From an uncultured Candidatus Saccharibacteria bacterium (GTDB lineage: Bacteria > Patescibacteriota > Minisyncoccia > Phycocordibacterales > UBA12088): a DNA stretch of 64,000 nucleotides. Positions 17,797-27,054 of this stretch are shown in pieces (the stretch's first letter is position 1; each line of letters starts with the position of its first letter). Location of the stretch: positions 422,831 through 486,830 of the forward strand of contig CAYPKR010000001.1 of assembly GCA_964411375.1 (NCBI GenBank), given 5' to 3'. A model generated the notes under the pieces. That model was not told where the DNA came from and did no database searches. It saw nothing but the letters and a program-made list of their open reading frames with translations. The translations under genes were made by a program, and so were the position numbers.

Positions 17797-20141
17797 CCTT
17801 CCGTCTGACACAAAAGCATATCTTTTTGGGAACTACTATTTGGTGGGGAACTTTCTTGATCCTTTCCATCTTTCAGATCAATCCATTTCAAATTCAGAAC
17901 ATCGTTGGCATAAGCGCACTTCTCATCCTTCCCGGTCTTCTCACTATTATTCTGCTCGGACTCATTAATCTTGAGTGGTGGGGCAAGATTATGCTTATTC
18001 TCTCAATCAGTATTCTTGAAATCATTGGCGTCGGACTTTTCGTCAATGAACTATTCCCGCACATCGGCATCAATCGCCCGCTTGAAGCATCCCCAGTACT
18101 TCTTACATTAACGATGCTCATTGTATCCCTGCTTCTCTTGGTATATATCCGAGTGCGTGAGATTGATCTTTCGCTGAAGAAATATATTGTCTTTGATTCG
18201 ATCCTCGACACTTTTGTTGCGCTCTTTCCAGCAATCTTCACGCTTCTTGCGTTTCTCGGTTCGATCAGTATCAACAATGGTGGCAGTAATCTTTGGACGA
18301 TCGGCATGCTCGTCGGCATTGGGGTATATGCGTTTATTCTCATCAAGTATCACAAACGCCTCGGGGAAAATGTTATTCCGGTCGCGCTTTTTTTCATCTC
18401 ACTTTCGCTCCTCTTCATGACGTCGCTTCGAAGTTGGTACATCAGCGGGCATGATATTCAGCGTGAATATCGCGTATTCCAGCTCGCAAAAGATGCCGGC
18501 CTCTGGTCAATCGCCAACTACAAAGACGCATATAACGCATGCATGTCGATAACCATTCTGCCGACGATATTGAGCAACCTCCTCAATCTTTCTGATCAAT
18601 ACATATATAAGACGCTCTTCCAGATCATATTTGCAACCGTTCCGAGCGCGATCTTCCTGATTGCTCGTCGCTATGTATCCGGTGCAGCCGCGCTTACTGC
18701 GGCGGTATATTTCATCGCGTTTCCAACTTTCTTCACCGACATGGCATTCTTGAATCGACAAGAAATCGCCTTTCTTTTCTTGGTGGTGATGTTCTACACG
18801 ATTTGGAGCGACTCGATTATGCTCCACACCAAGAGAATCCTCTTCACCTTTTTGGGAGTGGGCTTGGTGCTCTCCCATTACTCGACCACCTACATCGTCA
18901 TTGGACTGTTAGGATTTTTGGTCACGGCACGCCCATTCTATCTATGGCTTACTAAGCGCCTACGATCATTCAAGTGGTTCCAAAATTCTGGTGTTGCTGC
19001 CCTCGAAGAGAATCATGTATCGGCACGAAATATCACGGTGGGTATGGTGGTATTTCTTGCGGCTGCAAGCTTCGTCTGGAGCAGTGTCTTAACTGATACG
19101 TCCTCGAACAGCATTTACCGTGTCGTGACCGAAACGATTCACGTGATGCAACACAATGCAAAAGAGGATTCTCGCTCAAACGATGTACTCTACAGTCTCT
19201 TTTCGTGGCGGGTGAGTGATCCGGCAACCGATTTTGAAACCTACAAAAAAACGGTGGTTGCGCCGCTTCGTGCAGAAATGCCTGACGCGTTTTATCCTGA
19301 CGGAACCTATTCGGACGATTCGATTCACTTGGTCGAAGAAACGCTTCTTCCGCTCACCGCGCTCGGTAAGGCGGTTGAAAATGAGGGAATCAACGTACCG
19401 CAATTTAACTTCCTTTTTAGGCAGAGTTCTGCAAAACTCTTGCAGATATTCATCTTGATCGGTGTTGTCGCCGTATTTGTCACCAGACGATTCGTATCGA
19501 AACCGCTGCCAGATGAATTTATGCTCCTCGTGGGCGGAAGCATTTTGCTTATTCTCTCACAGGTACTCTTGCCCGTCTTGTCAGTCGAATACGGACTTCT
19601 TCGCGCCTTCCAGCAATCACTCATTTTCCTCGGCATCTTTGTCGTTATCGGTAGTGAAGTGATCTTCATGTGGTCGAAGAAAACAACAATGATTGCCGGC
19701 ACGATTGCGGTTGTATTTCTTCTGTCATCAACCGGTGTGTTCACGGAAGCGCTTGGAGGATATATGCCGCAGATGCATCTTGAAAATCGCGGTGTGTATT
19801 ATGATGTGTTCTACGAACACCGAGGCGAAGGTGTCGGTATCGATTGGCTCGTGTCTCGAATGCGTTCCAATGATGGCTATACACTCCAGTCATCAACGCA
19901 GTCTGACCGCTATTCATCGAGTAAACTTCCAATTTTGACCAAGGTAGATATCTTGAATGACATTTACCCGGGCATCGTTCAAAAAAATGCATACATCTTT
20001 TTGGGATATACCAATATTAAAAAAGGGGAAGTGGCGCTCTCATACCAAGGAGACACGCTTTCGTATGTCTATCCGCTAAACTTCTTGGATGATCACAAAG
20101 ATCTTATCTACGTGAATCAGGGGGTAAAAATATATCGATGA
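17793..20141 (+). CDS. Large polytopic membrane protein (>12 TM helices) with a C-terminal extracytoplasmic domain. Putative GT-C-type glycosyltransferase or glycan polymerase (DUF2206-like).
   Basis: The start MTFRLTQ overlaps the upstream stop (ATGA). Many TM helices, an SGHDIQREY loop motif, and a ~250 aa soluble C-terminal domain. The gene is embedded between glycosyltransferases. Confidence 0.5.
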   Translation: MTFRLTQKHIFLGTTIWWGTFLILSIFQINPFQIQNIVGISALLILPGLLTIILLGLINLEWWGKIMLILSISILEIIGVGLFVNELFPHIGINRPLEASPVLLTLTMLIVSLLLLVYIRVREIDLSLKKYIVFDSILDTFVALFPAIFTLLAFLGSISINNGGSNLWTIGMLVGIGVYAFILIKYHKRLGENVIPVALFFISLSLLFMTSLRSWYISGHDIQREYRVFQLAKDAGLWSIANYKDAYNACMSITILPTILSNLLNLSDQYIYKTLFQIIFATVPSAIFLIARRYVSGAAALTAAVYFIAFPTFFTDMAFLNRQEIAFLFLVVMFYTIWSDSIMLHTKRILFTFLGVGLVLSHYSTTYIVIGLLGFLVTARPFYLWLTKRLRSFKWFQNSGVAALEENHVSARNITVGMVVFLAAASFVWSSVLTDTSSNSIYRVVTETIHVMQHNAKEDSRSNDVLYSLFSWRVSDPATDFETYKKTVVAPLRAEMPDAFYPDGTYSDDSIHLVEETLLPLTALGKAVENEGINVPQFNFLFRQSSAKLLQIFILIGVVAVFVTRRFVSKPLPDEFMLLVGGSILLILSQVLLPVLSVEYGLLRAFQQSLIFLGIFVVIGSEVIFMWSKKTTMIAGTIAVVFLLSSTGVFTEALGGYMPQMHLENRGVYYDVFYEHRGEGVGIDWLVSRMRSNDGYTLQSSTQSDRYSSSKLPILTKVDILNDIYPGIVQKNAYIFLGYTNIKKGEVALSYQGDTLSYVYPLNFLDDHKDLIYVNQGVKIYR

Positions 20142-22504
20142 AAATTCTTCGTGTAAATTCGGCTGGTTTTGAAGAAGGTGGCGCAGAAAGCGGCATTGTT
20201 GCTATTCAGCCTGTCCTCGAAAGACTTGGTCATACCGTACGCACTCTGGCGAGTGACGCGAGACCTGATATGCCGCATTTCAATGAATACACGTTTCGCG
20301 CTCCACATGGAATCTTTGCAAAAATAATGTACACGCTGAATTTTTCAGCATATTTTGCGCTTCGCAGTGCAATTCGTGATTACAATCCGGACGTCATTCA
20401 TCTCCACACCCTCGGTTCAGCTTCACCGTTAATCCTTTTTGCGCTTCGAAATGTTCCGACTATTGCTACCGTTCACGGACCAGAAGGGTACACCAGAGAT
20501 CTTTTGATGTGGTGTATGCCAAAATCCGATTTTATTAATGAAGAGTATGATCTCAAAAAACTCCGTCTCGCCGGCATTTTTCGATACATCTATTATCGAT
20601 ATATCAACTACCCGTTCTTCCGAATCGGATTTCGAAATATAACGCACTTTGTAACAATCAGTCGATATATTCAGGGTTTGATGAAGGCGCAAGGAGTTCC
20701 AAGTATTTATATCCCAAACGGCGTGAAGATGCTCCCATACTCGCCACTCGTTGAAGGAAATATTTCTCCCCGAGCGGTATATGCAGGACGATTGGAAAAA
20801 TTCAAAGGTGTTGAATATCTTCTTCGTGCGGTGCCGACGATCGTTGCTGCGATTCCAGAGTTTGAACTTACGGTGGCTGGAACCGGAAGAGATGCGGAAG
20901 AGCTGGAGTCGCTTGCAAAGGAACTTCACATTGAAAAGCACGTGCATTTTCTCGGGCATGTTGGCAAAGCAGAATTATTTGAAATGTACAAAAATGCATC
21001 GATTGTCGTTGTCCCATCAATCTGGCCAGAAAATGCATCAAGAAGCGGTATCGAATCTATGAGTCTCGGTCGCCCTATTATTGGGACGGATGTTGGAGGT
21101 ACCAGTGATTGGCTGATTGATGGTGAAACGGGTTACTTGATTCCACCAAAAGATTCAGGAGCAATTGCGGGTGCAATGATTCGCGCTTTTAGCGATACGA
21201 ATGCGCTGATTCGAATGAGTGCAAATGCTCGTAAAAAAGCAGAAGAGTATGCAATTGAACGCCATGCGGAGAAGATTGTTGAAGTATATGAAAGCGTCGT
21301 CGTAGATACTCATTCGGTTACAGCGTCTGAATCAAAGACAACAACGATCATGTATGTGACCGATCAACTTATGGATCAGGGATCGGCAGCGTATGTACAC
21401 GTGAGTGAAATTTGCACCAATATACAAGCGCTCGGACACAAAATTACGCTCTATGCGCCAACGATTGGAAAAAGAGAGGAAGTTGGATCATACGGAACCC
21501 AATTTATTTCTGTAACAGGAAAATATCTATCAGCGGTGTATCAACCCAAACTATTTATTCGACTTATTCGGGATATTCGAACAAATCGTCCTGATGTTCT
21601 CTATGTACGAAAAAGCCAACTTTTGTTTGTTCCAGCGATTATATCGCGCCTCTTTTCTATTCCACTTATTCTTGAAATAAACGGGCTGGTTGAGCAGGAT
21701 GCAAAGTATGTAAATCCCGACTTGATCGCACGAATATTCCTCCGAACCAAAATATTTGCACTCATTGAAATAATTAATGTACGCACTGCGCGACATTTTG
21801 TCGTGGTCGCGGAAGGTCTTAAGGCCTTTTTGACCGATCGGTATCACATTCCAGAGAATCGTATCTCACTCATTCAAAATGGGGTGAATACTGAATTGTT
21901 TGCTCCACGTGATCGAGTAGAAATGCGCCGTGAGCTTGGACTCCCGGAAGCATTCACCGTTGGATACGTCGGCAGTCTGCATCGCTGGCAGGGACTTCGA
22001 TGTATTGTTGCTGCTGCAAAAGTAGCGCTCGAACAAAAACCTGACATACATTTTTGTATCGCGGGCGGCGCAGGAGCTGATGGCGAATATCTCGAGAGTT
22101 TCATCAAAAAAAATGACCTTACAAAAAATGTTCACCTGATATCAGAAAATGATTACATCGCACTTTCTCACTTTAAGAGTGCTATCGATATTGGCCTGTG
22201 TTATCCCTTGCATATTCGTGCCGGTCTCACGTCACCAATGAAAATTTACGAATACCTTTCAAGTGGATGCCCAGTTATTGCATCAGATATTTCCGGTATG
22301 CGAGAAGAGTTTGGCGACATTATCATGTACGCTGAAGCAGAATCAGCAAAATCACTTGCGGAGAAAATTCTTGAGCTTGCAAATGATTCAGAGAAGCGCG
22401 AAACACTTGCGCTAAATGGTCGCTCCTTCATCGAAGCAGGACATAGTTGGAGAGTTGTTGCAGAAAAAATCCTCGCGATTATTGCTATCTGCGTTGATCT
22501 ATAG
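20138..22504 (+). CDS. Tandem double-GT4 glycosyltransferase.
   Basis: The N-terminal unit has MKILRVNSAGFEEGGAESGI and a GT4 core; the second unit has VGSLHRWQGL...KIYEYLSSGCPVIASDISG. The start overlaps the upstream stop. Confidence 0.7.
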   Translation: MKILRVNSAGFEEGGAESGIVAIQPVLERLGHTVRTLASDARPDMPHFNEYTFRAPHGIFAKIMYTLNFSAYFALRSAIRDYNPDVIHLHTLGSASPLILFALRNVPTIATVHGPEGYTRDLLMWCMPKSDFINEEYDLKKLRLAGIFRYIYYRYINYPFFRIGFRNITHFVTISRYIQGLMKAQGVPSIYIPNGVKMLPYSPLVEGNISPRAVYAGRLEKFKGVEYLLRAVPTIVAAIPEFELTVAGTGRDAEELESLAKELHIEKHVHFLGHVGKAELFEMYKNASIVVVPSIWPENASRSGIESMSLGRPIIGTDVGGTSDWLIDGETGYLIPPKDSGAIAGAMIRAFSDTNALIRMSANARKKAEEYAIERHAEKIVEVYESVVVDTHSVTASESKTTTIMYVTDQLMDQGSAAYVHVSEICTNIQALGHKITLYAPTIGKREEVGSYGTQFISVTGKYLSAVYQPKLFIRLIRDIRTNRPDVLYVRKSQLLFVPAIISRLFSIPLILEINGLVEQDAKYVNPDLIARIFLRTKIFALIEIINVRTARHFVVVAEGLKAFLTDRYHIPENRISLIQNGVNTELFAPRDRVEMRRELGLPEAFTVGYVGSLHRWQGLRCIVAAAKVALEQKPDIHFCIAGGAGADGEYLESFIKKNDLTKNVHLISENDYIALSHFKSAIDIGLCYPLHIRAGLTSPMKIYEYLSSGCPVIASDISGMREEFGDIIMYAEAESAKSLAEKILELANDSEKRETLALNGRSFIEAGHSWRVVAEKILAIIAICVDL

Positions 22505-23420
22505 ACGCAAATGCTTTTTCGAATGCATCAGACATTCGGAAAAGAAGGGTACGGTAGTCAGATGAGCTCATATGAACTCCGGGACGAGGAGAACCGGAAG
22601 TGGTGTTTGCATCGACAATATAAATCTTCCGATCAACATTGTCTCGAAGTACATCAAGTTCTCCATACTCGAGTCCGAATACGTGGGCAAATTCAACAAT
22701 TTTTTCTTGCTCGTCTTTTGAGAGATGATCATCGACTTCAGCAAGGTCTCCGCGGAGCGTATTATCAAACCGATCAGTGATTTTTTTGTATCGAATCGTA
22801 AGGAGAGGAATATCACTACCAAAAATTGGAACGCGAATATCTAGTGCCATATCGCCTTTTTGATTGTCGATCAGTCTCTGATAGATATAGCCTGGTTCTG
22901 GCTCTGCCGGACAATCGATTACCTTGCCGTCATGCACAGCATTATCATTTGATTTTCGAACACATTTTCCGTTCCACGTGCGTGGATCAACCTCCATTCC
23001 ATAACCAAATACTTCTTTGAATACTTTCTCGACTCGCGCCTTGGTGATGTCGCAGGCTCCTATATTGATTACATGATGTGTTTTTGTAAGTTCCTCAAGT
23101 TTTTGGTCAGGTTCGTAGACCGTTGCGTCTTTAAATGCAATCACAATGTCCGCAGGTCTATTCGGATCATTGGTAAGTGCATACCCGAGGCGATTACAAA
23201 TTCCATAGAGAATATGGTAGTACCGTGCGGGCATGTCGGGATACGAGAGTACTACTTTCTTTTTCTTTCCGAGTAACCGCGCACGAATATAATCGCGTTT
23301 CGCGTTTGTGACTGTACGGACGCGATTCATCAAATCCTTCAGTTTTTCGCCGAATGAGAGTTCAGCGCCATGACCAGATGAGGTATGTTCTGTTGTATGA
23401 GTAGGATTCATAAATATCAA
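22485..23420 (-). CDS. ATP-grasp-like ligase domain protein of the kind associated with sugar-transfer clusters.
   Basis: The C-terminal region ELDVLRDNVDRKIYIVDANTTSGSP resembles the RimK/ATP-grasp C-terminal strand-loop. It lies convergent with the glycosyltransferase operon. Confidence 0.4.
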   Translation of the reverse strand: MIFMNPTHTTEHTSSGHGAELSFGEKLKDLMNRVRTVTNAKRDYIRARLLGKKKKVVLSYPDMPARYYHILYGICNRLGYALTNDPNRPADIVIAFKDATVYEPDQKLEELTKTHHVINIGACDITKARVEKVFKEVFGYGMEVDPRTWNGKCVRKSNDNAVHDGKVIDCPAEPEPGYIYQRLIDNQKGDMALDIRVPIFGSDIPLLTIRYKKITDRFDNTLRGDLAEVDDHLSKDEQEKIVEFAHVFGLEYGELDVLRDNVDRKIYIVDANTTSGSPRPGVHMSSSDYRTLLFRMSDAFEKAFASIDQRR

Positions 23421-23426
23421 CGGTAT

Positions 23427-24689
23427 TTATATATGTGTCCGACTGCGACCTCGAAGAAATAGGAAATATCCTGCAAGCGCGGCACAAATATTTCCAAGAA
23501 TCCACGCGGCGCCAACTCCGGAGAGTCCAAATGACATAAGAAGTGCTGCAAAGACCAGTATGCTTACCGAATAGACGATATTTGCAAACAACAGTGATTT
23601 CAAATCCTTCGTGATTCTAAAGAGCGAGCAGAATGTGGTGTATGCGGCGACTGGAATACCGGTTAACGCAATAATGCGGAGGAACGAAGCACTTTCAATA
23701 GAATATTCTGTTCCGAATACCGAAAGAATCAAGTGAGCCCCGATCAAGATTACCAGTATCGCGGGAACCAAGATAAGCGTCATCGTAATTATCGCGCGTT
23801 TCAAATGTTCGCGAAGTGCATGTTCGTCATGGGAACTTTCCGCAAACATCGACCGAGCAGTCGAATAGGGAATCACGTACAACAAATTGCCGATCATCAT
23901 TGAAATATAAAAATATGCGGCGACGCGCGGACCCAAGTCATTCGTAATCATGATCGGGAGAAATGTCGCAGGGAGAAGACCAAGAATCCCCGCAAAATAA
24001 TTGGCGGCAGAATATTTCCAGATTGAACCAACAACGCTCGAATCAAATGCAAAATCAGGAACGTATTCAAACCAATACGCCATTGCGCCGAGACTCAAGA
24101 TGAGACCGACCGCTTGTGCGACTGCAGCAGCAGTAAATATGCCGATCGCGCCCCACGAAAGAAATGCAAATGGTATGAGCATCTTTACCAAGCTGAAAAT
24201 AGTGTTGATGATCAGCGTAAATTTTGCCTGACGATTGGCGAGGAAGACCGAATCCGTGAGTACGTTCAGTCCGTTCATAACGCAAGCGATAACGAACACG
24301 ACCCCATAGAGTGGATGATCTTGCACGAATGAAAGTCGTGGAGAGATAAGGTGGATTGAAAGGACAAAAAGGGTAGAAAGGATGAGTGCGGTTGTTCCAA
24401 CCAAAATGAGCCCCGTATTTATCTTCCGATTTCGATCAGTTGCCGTGGGTAAGAAGCGCACGAAGGCAGCGTCAAATCCAATAAGGCTGAAAGTGGCGAT
24501 AAGACTCATTACCGATATGAGAGTGGTCGCGAGACCGATATTTTCGGTCGTATAGAGCCTCGCCGTAATCAGCCAGAAAAAGAAGCCAAAGCCCGCCATA
24601 ACGGCGGTTGCAAGCATCAAATAGAGCGAATTTCGAAACAAGCTGTCTTCGAACATCCGCCGTATGGTGTAGTATGAATATCTGACCAT
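23427..24689 (-). CDS. Polysaccharide/oligosaccharide flippase of the MOP/Wzx-like family.
   Basis: About 12-14 predicted TM helices throughout, with the composition and length typical of the polysaccharide biosynthesis protein family. It sits adjacent to the glycosyltransferase cluster. Confidence 0.65.
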   Translation of the reverse strand: MVRYSYYTIRRMFEDSLFRNSLYLMLATAVMAGFGFFFWLITARLYTTENIGLATTLISVMSLIATFSLIGFDAAFVRFLPTATDRNRKINTGLILVGTTALILSTLFVLSIHLISPRLSFVQDHPLYGVVFVIACVMNGLNVLTDSVFLANRQAKFTLIINTIFSLVKMLIPFAFLSWGAIGIFTAAAVAQAVGLILSLGAMAYWFEYVPDFAFDSSVVGSIWKYSAANYFAGILGLLPATFLPIMITNDLGPRVAAYFYISMMIGNLLYVIPYSTARSMFAESSHDEHALREHLKRAIITMTLILVPAILVILIGAHLILSVFGTEYSIESASFLRIIALTGIPVAAYTTFCSLFRITKDLKSLLFANIVYSVSILVFAALLMSFGLSGVGAAWILGNICAALAGYFLFLRGRSRTHI

Positions 24690-24828
24690 AGGTCTAAAGT
24701 CCCCGCCATCTCCCCGAATGCGTCCCTATCACCCATAATATAGGAAAACAGAAAGATACCGTAGTCTATGGGAGGAATGGCAATAAGTCAAAAGGAAAAA
24801 CAAGAGGAACTGGCAGATTTCGTACCCT

Positions 24829-26310
24829 ATGAGTGAACCAAACCAATCTTCAAAAGTAGTCTATCGAAAGGCGTCGGCGGCTCGCGGACGCCGGCAACTT
24901 GTGGTGTTTTTGGCTTTATTTTGCCTTGGTATTGGCGCCATGGGACTTGCCGCCACGTCTTCAGAAAAAACATTTCATATAATAGAAAATGATTTGGAGA
25001 ATCATCTAGCTAGTGCAACTACTACTTCTCCAACCGGTGTTGTGAATGAACCGGTGGGGACCACTTCTCCTGGGGTCGCTAAATCGCCCGATGAAAGTCC
25101 AAAGGGAAGTAATAGCGGAAGTGGAACAACAGATAATCCAACACAATCCACCCCATCTTCTTCTCCAGTCACGAAACCTCCGATTACCACCCCGCCAATA
25201 TCGAATCCAATTCCAAATCCGACACCAGTACCAATTCCCACTCCAGCCCCTACACCGATTCCAATAGATCCAATTCCTATGCCAAACATTCCTTCAGTTG
25301 GAAGTAAATTCGGACTATCGCTTGCAGGAACTCTCCTTGGATTGTCCGATTCCCAAGTTGGTGCACGTCTCGATGAAGTCGCCGTAACCGGAGTCGAATG
25401 GATCAGAATTGATGTGGGATGGAATGATATTGAACGACGCGATTTTGAACACACTGATTGGAGCGGAATCGATCGAATCGTGAATGCCGCAAATGAGCGC
25501 GGTATTCATGTGCTGGGCATTCTCTCCTATACGCCGAAGTGGGCGCGAGATGACGGATGTCCAGAAATAAATTGTCCACCCGCTGATCAAGATCAGTTTG
25601 CAGAATTTTCTGCTGCTGCGGTCAGACGATATGCGCCAAAAGGCGTGCATGCATGGGAAATTTGGAATGAACCAAACCTCAATTTGAATTATTGGGGTGG
25701 TAACGCAACTAGGTATTCAAATCTGTTGAAAGTCACGTACCAAGCAATTCACGAAGTTGATCCAAATGCGACGGTTATTTCTGGTGGTTTATCTCCTGCA
25801 GCGACGAGGGACGGAAGTATGTCACCGGTGGATTTTCTAACCGCACTCTACTCCTCTGGCGCGGGGCATTCGTTTGATGCAGTCGGAATGCATCCATACT
25901 CTTTTCCCGCGACACCAAATTACACGCAAAAATGGAATGCGTGGTCGCAGATGAATGATACTGGTTTGACGCTCCGAAATGTCATGACCTCAAACGGCGA
26001 TTCTTCCAAGAAAATATGGATGACTGAATTTGGCGCGCCGACTGGAGGTCCGGAAAATCTCGCGACCATGAGCAATTACCGATCCATCACCAACTCAGAC
26101 CATGTGACAGAAGAGCTGCAGGCAGAAATGCTCCGTCAAGCATTTTCGCTCGCGCAGACCTATTTGTGGGCGGGACCGCTTTTCTGGTACAGCTACAAAG
26201 ACCTCGGTGAAGATGAGGGAGACAATGAGAATTTTTTTGGTATTATTCGGTACGACGGCAGTCATAAGCCGGCATACGACGCTTTGCGGAGTATGCTCGG
26301 TACTAACTAA
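24829..26310 (+). CDS. Secreted clan GH-A glycoside hydrolase (GH5/GH39-like, PslG-like) with an N-terminal anchor and a Pro/Thr-rich linker.
   Basis: TM segment LVVFLALFCLGIGAMGLAA, a PTPVPIPTPAPTPIPIDPIP linker, then WIRIDVGWNDIE...HVLGILSYTPKWA...WEIWNEPNL (acid/base Glu) and KIWMTEFGAP (nucleophile Glu). Confidence 0.65.
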   Translation: MSEPNQSSKVVYRKASAARGRRQLVVFLALFCLGIGAMGLAATSSEKTFHIIENDLENHLASATTTSPTGVVNEPVGTTSPGVAKSPDESPKGSNSGSGTTDNPTQSTPSSSPVTKPPITTPPISNPIPNPTPVPIPTPAPTPIPIDPIPMPNIPSVGSKFGLSLAGTLLGLSDSQVGARLDEVAVTGVEWIRIDVGWNDIERRDFEHTDWSGIDRIVNAANERGIHVLGILSYTPKWARDDGCPEINCPPADQDQFAEFSAAAVRRYAPKGVHAWEIWNEPNLNLNYWGGNATRYSNLLKVTYQAIHEVDPNATVISGGLSPAATRDGSMSPVDFLTALYSSGAGHSFDAVGMHPYSFPATPNYTQKWNAWSQMNDTGLTLRNVMTSNGDSSKKIWMTEFGAPTGGPENLATMSNYRSITNSDHVTEELQAEMLRQAFSLAQTYLWAGPLFWYSYKDLGEDEGDNENFFGIIRYDGSHKPAYDALRSMLGTN

Positions 26311-26316
26311 TCCAGT

Positions 26317-26541
26317 ATGGAAACCAAAACAATTCGCTCACTTTCGCTCACTTTTTTCCTCTTCGGTCTTCTTGGATGGCTGTATATTGTGTTGAACGCC
26401 GAAGTTCATCCAGAAAGTCTGTCGTGGCCACTCACTCATTTTGCGCCATTTCCTCGCGAAGATACTTTCGGCGCATTTTGCTTTCTGATCTCTTTTATTT
26501 CATTCTTTGTTTGGAACATGGTGAGGGATGATCGAAGATAA
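26317..26541 (+). CDS. Small two-TM membrane protein (hypothetical).
   Basis: Two hydrophobic helices (LSLTFFLFGLLGWLYIVL and FGAFCFLISFISFFVW). No similarity recognised. Confidence 0.3.
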   Translation: METKTIRSLSLTFFLFGLLGWLYIVLNAEVHPESLSWPLTHFAPFPREDTFGAFCFLISFISFFVWNMVRDDRR

Positions 26542-26553
26542 TTATTCATAATT

Positions 26554-26958
26554 TTGCATACTATGGTCTGGAACAAAGTGACTCCCTTCTCTCAAATTGT
26601 CGCAATCATTCTTTTTGTTGGTGTGTTTGCGCTTGGCTACTATCTCGGCATTTCAAGTGCCGGCTATCATACCGAGGTTCAAAGCGTCCTTCAGAATACT
26701 TCTGCAGTTGTCGCTTCAGCGCGATACGAATGTGCGGGCGGCAAATCAATTGACGCAAGATATTTGAGCGAACAGGGAAAAAATTCAGTAGCCATTACAC
26801 TTTCTGATAGCCGCGAACTCTCGCTCCCACAAGCAATGTCTGCTTCCGGCGCAAGATACGCAAATGCTGACGAATCATTCGTATTTTGGAACAAAGGGAA
26901 TACCGCATTCATCGAAGAAGATGGAGTGACGACGTTTACCGACTGCGCTTCAAAATAA
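26554..26958 (+). CDS. MliC-family membrane-bound lysozyme inhibitor-like protein.
   Basis: N-terminal anchor followed by YECAGG...SASGARYAN...FWNKGNTAFIEEDG...C, matching the MliC signature (SGxxY and W-K-G motifs, two Cys). Confidence 0.6.
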   Translation: MHTMVWNKVTPFSQIVAIILFVGVFALGYYLGISSAGYHTEVQSVLQNTSAVVASARYECAGGKSIDARYLSEQGKNSVAITLSDSRELSLPQAMSASGARYANADESFVFWNKGNTAFIEEDGVTTFTDCASK

Positions 26959-27054
26959 TCTCCTCACCTGTGGCGTACTGCTTTGACAAAGAGTCAGAGC
27001 GTGGTATCACATACCTCGTGCCCGAGTCTGGGCTCCGTAACATATCTATCCAAT

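Noticed and set aside
17259-17891. Several 96-146 aa - strand ORFs.
   Set aside because: They are antisense to the GT4 and membrane-protein genes, with no independent support.
22511-23276. Small + strand ORFs (22511..22780, 22826..23020, 23073..23276).
   Set aside because: They are antisense to the ATP-grasp-like gene, with no motifs.
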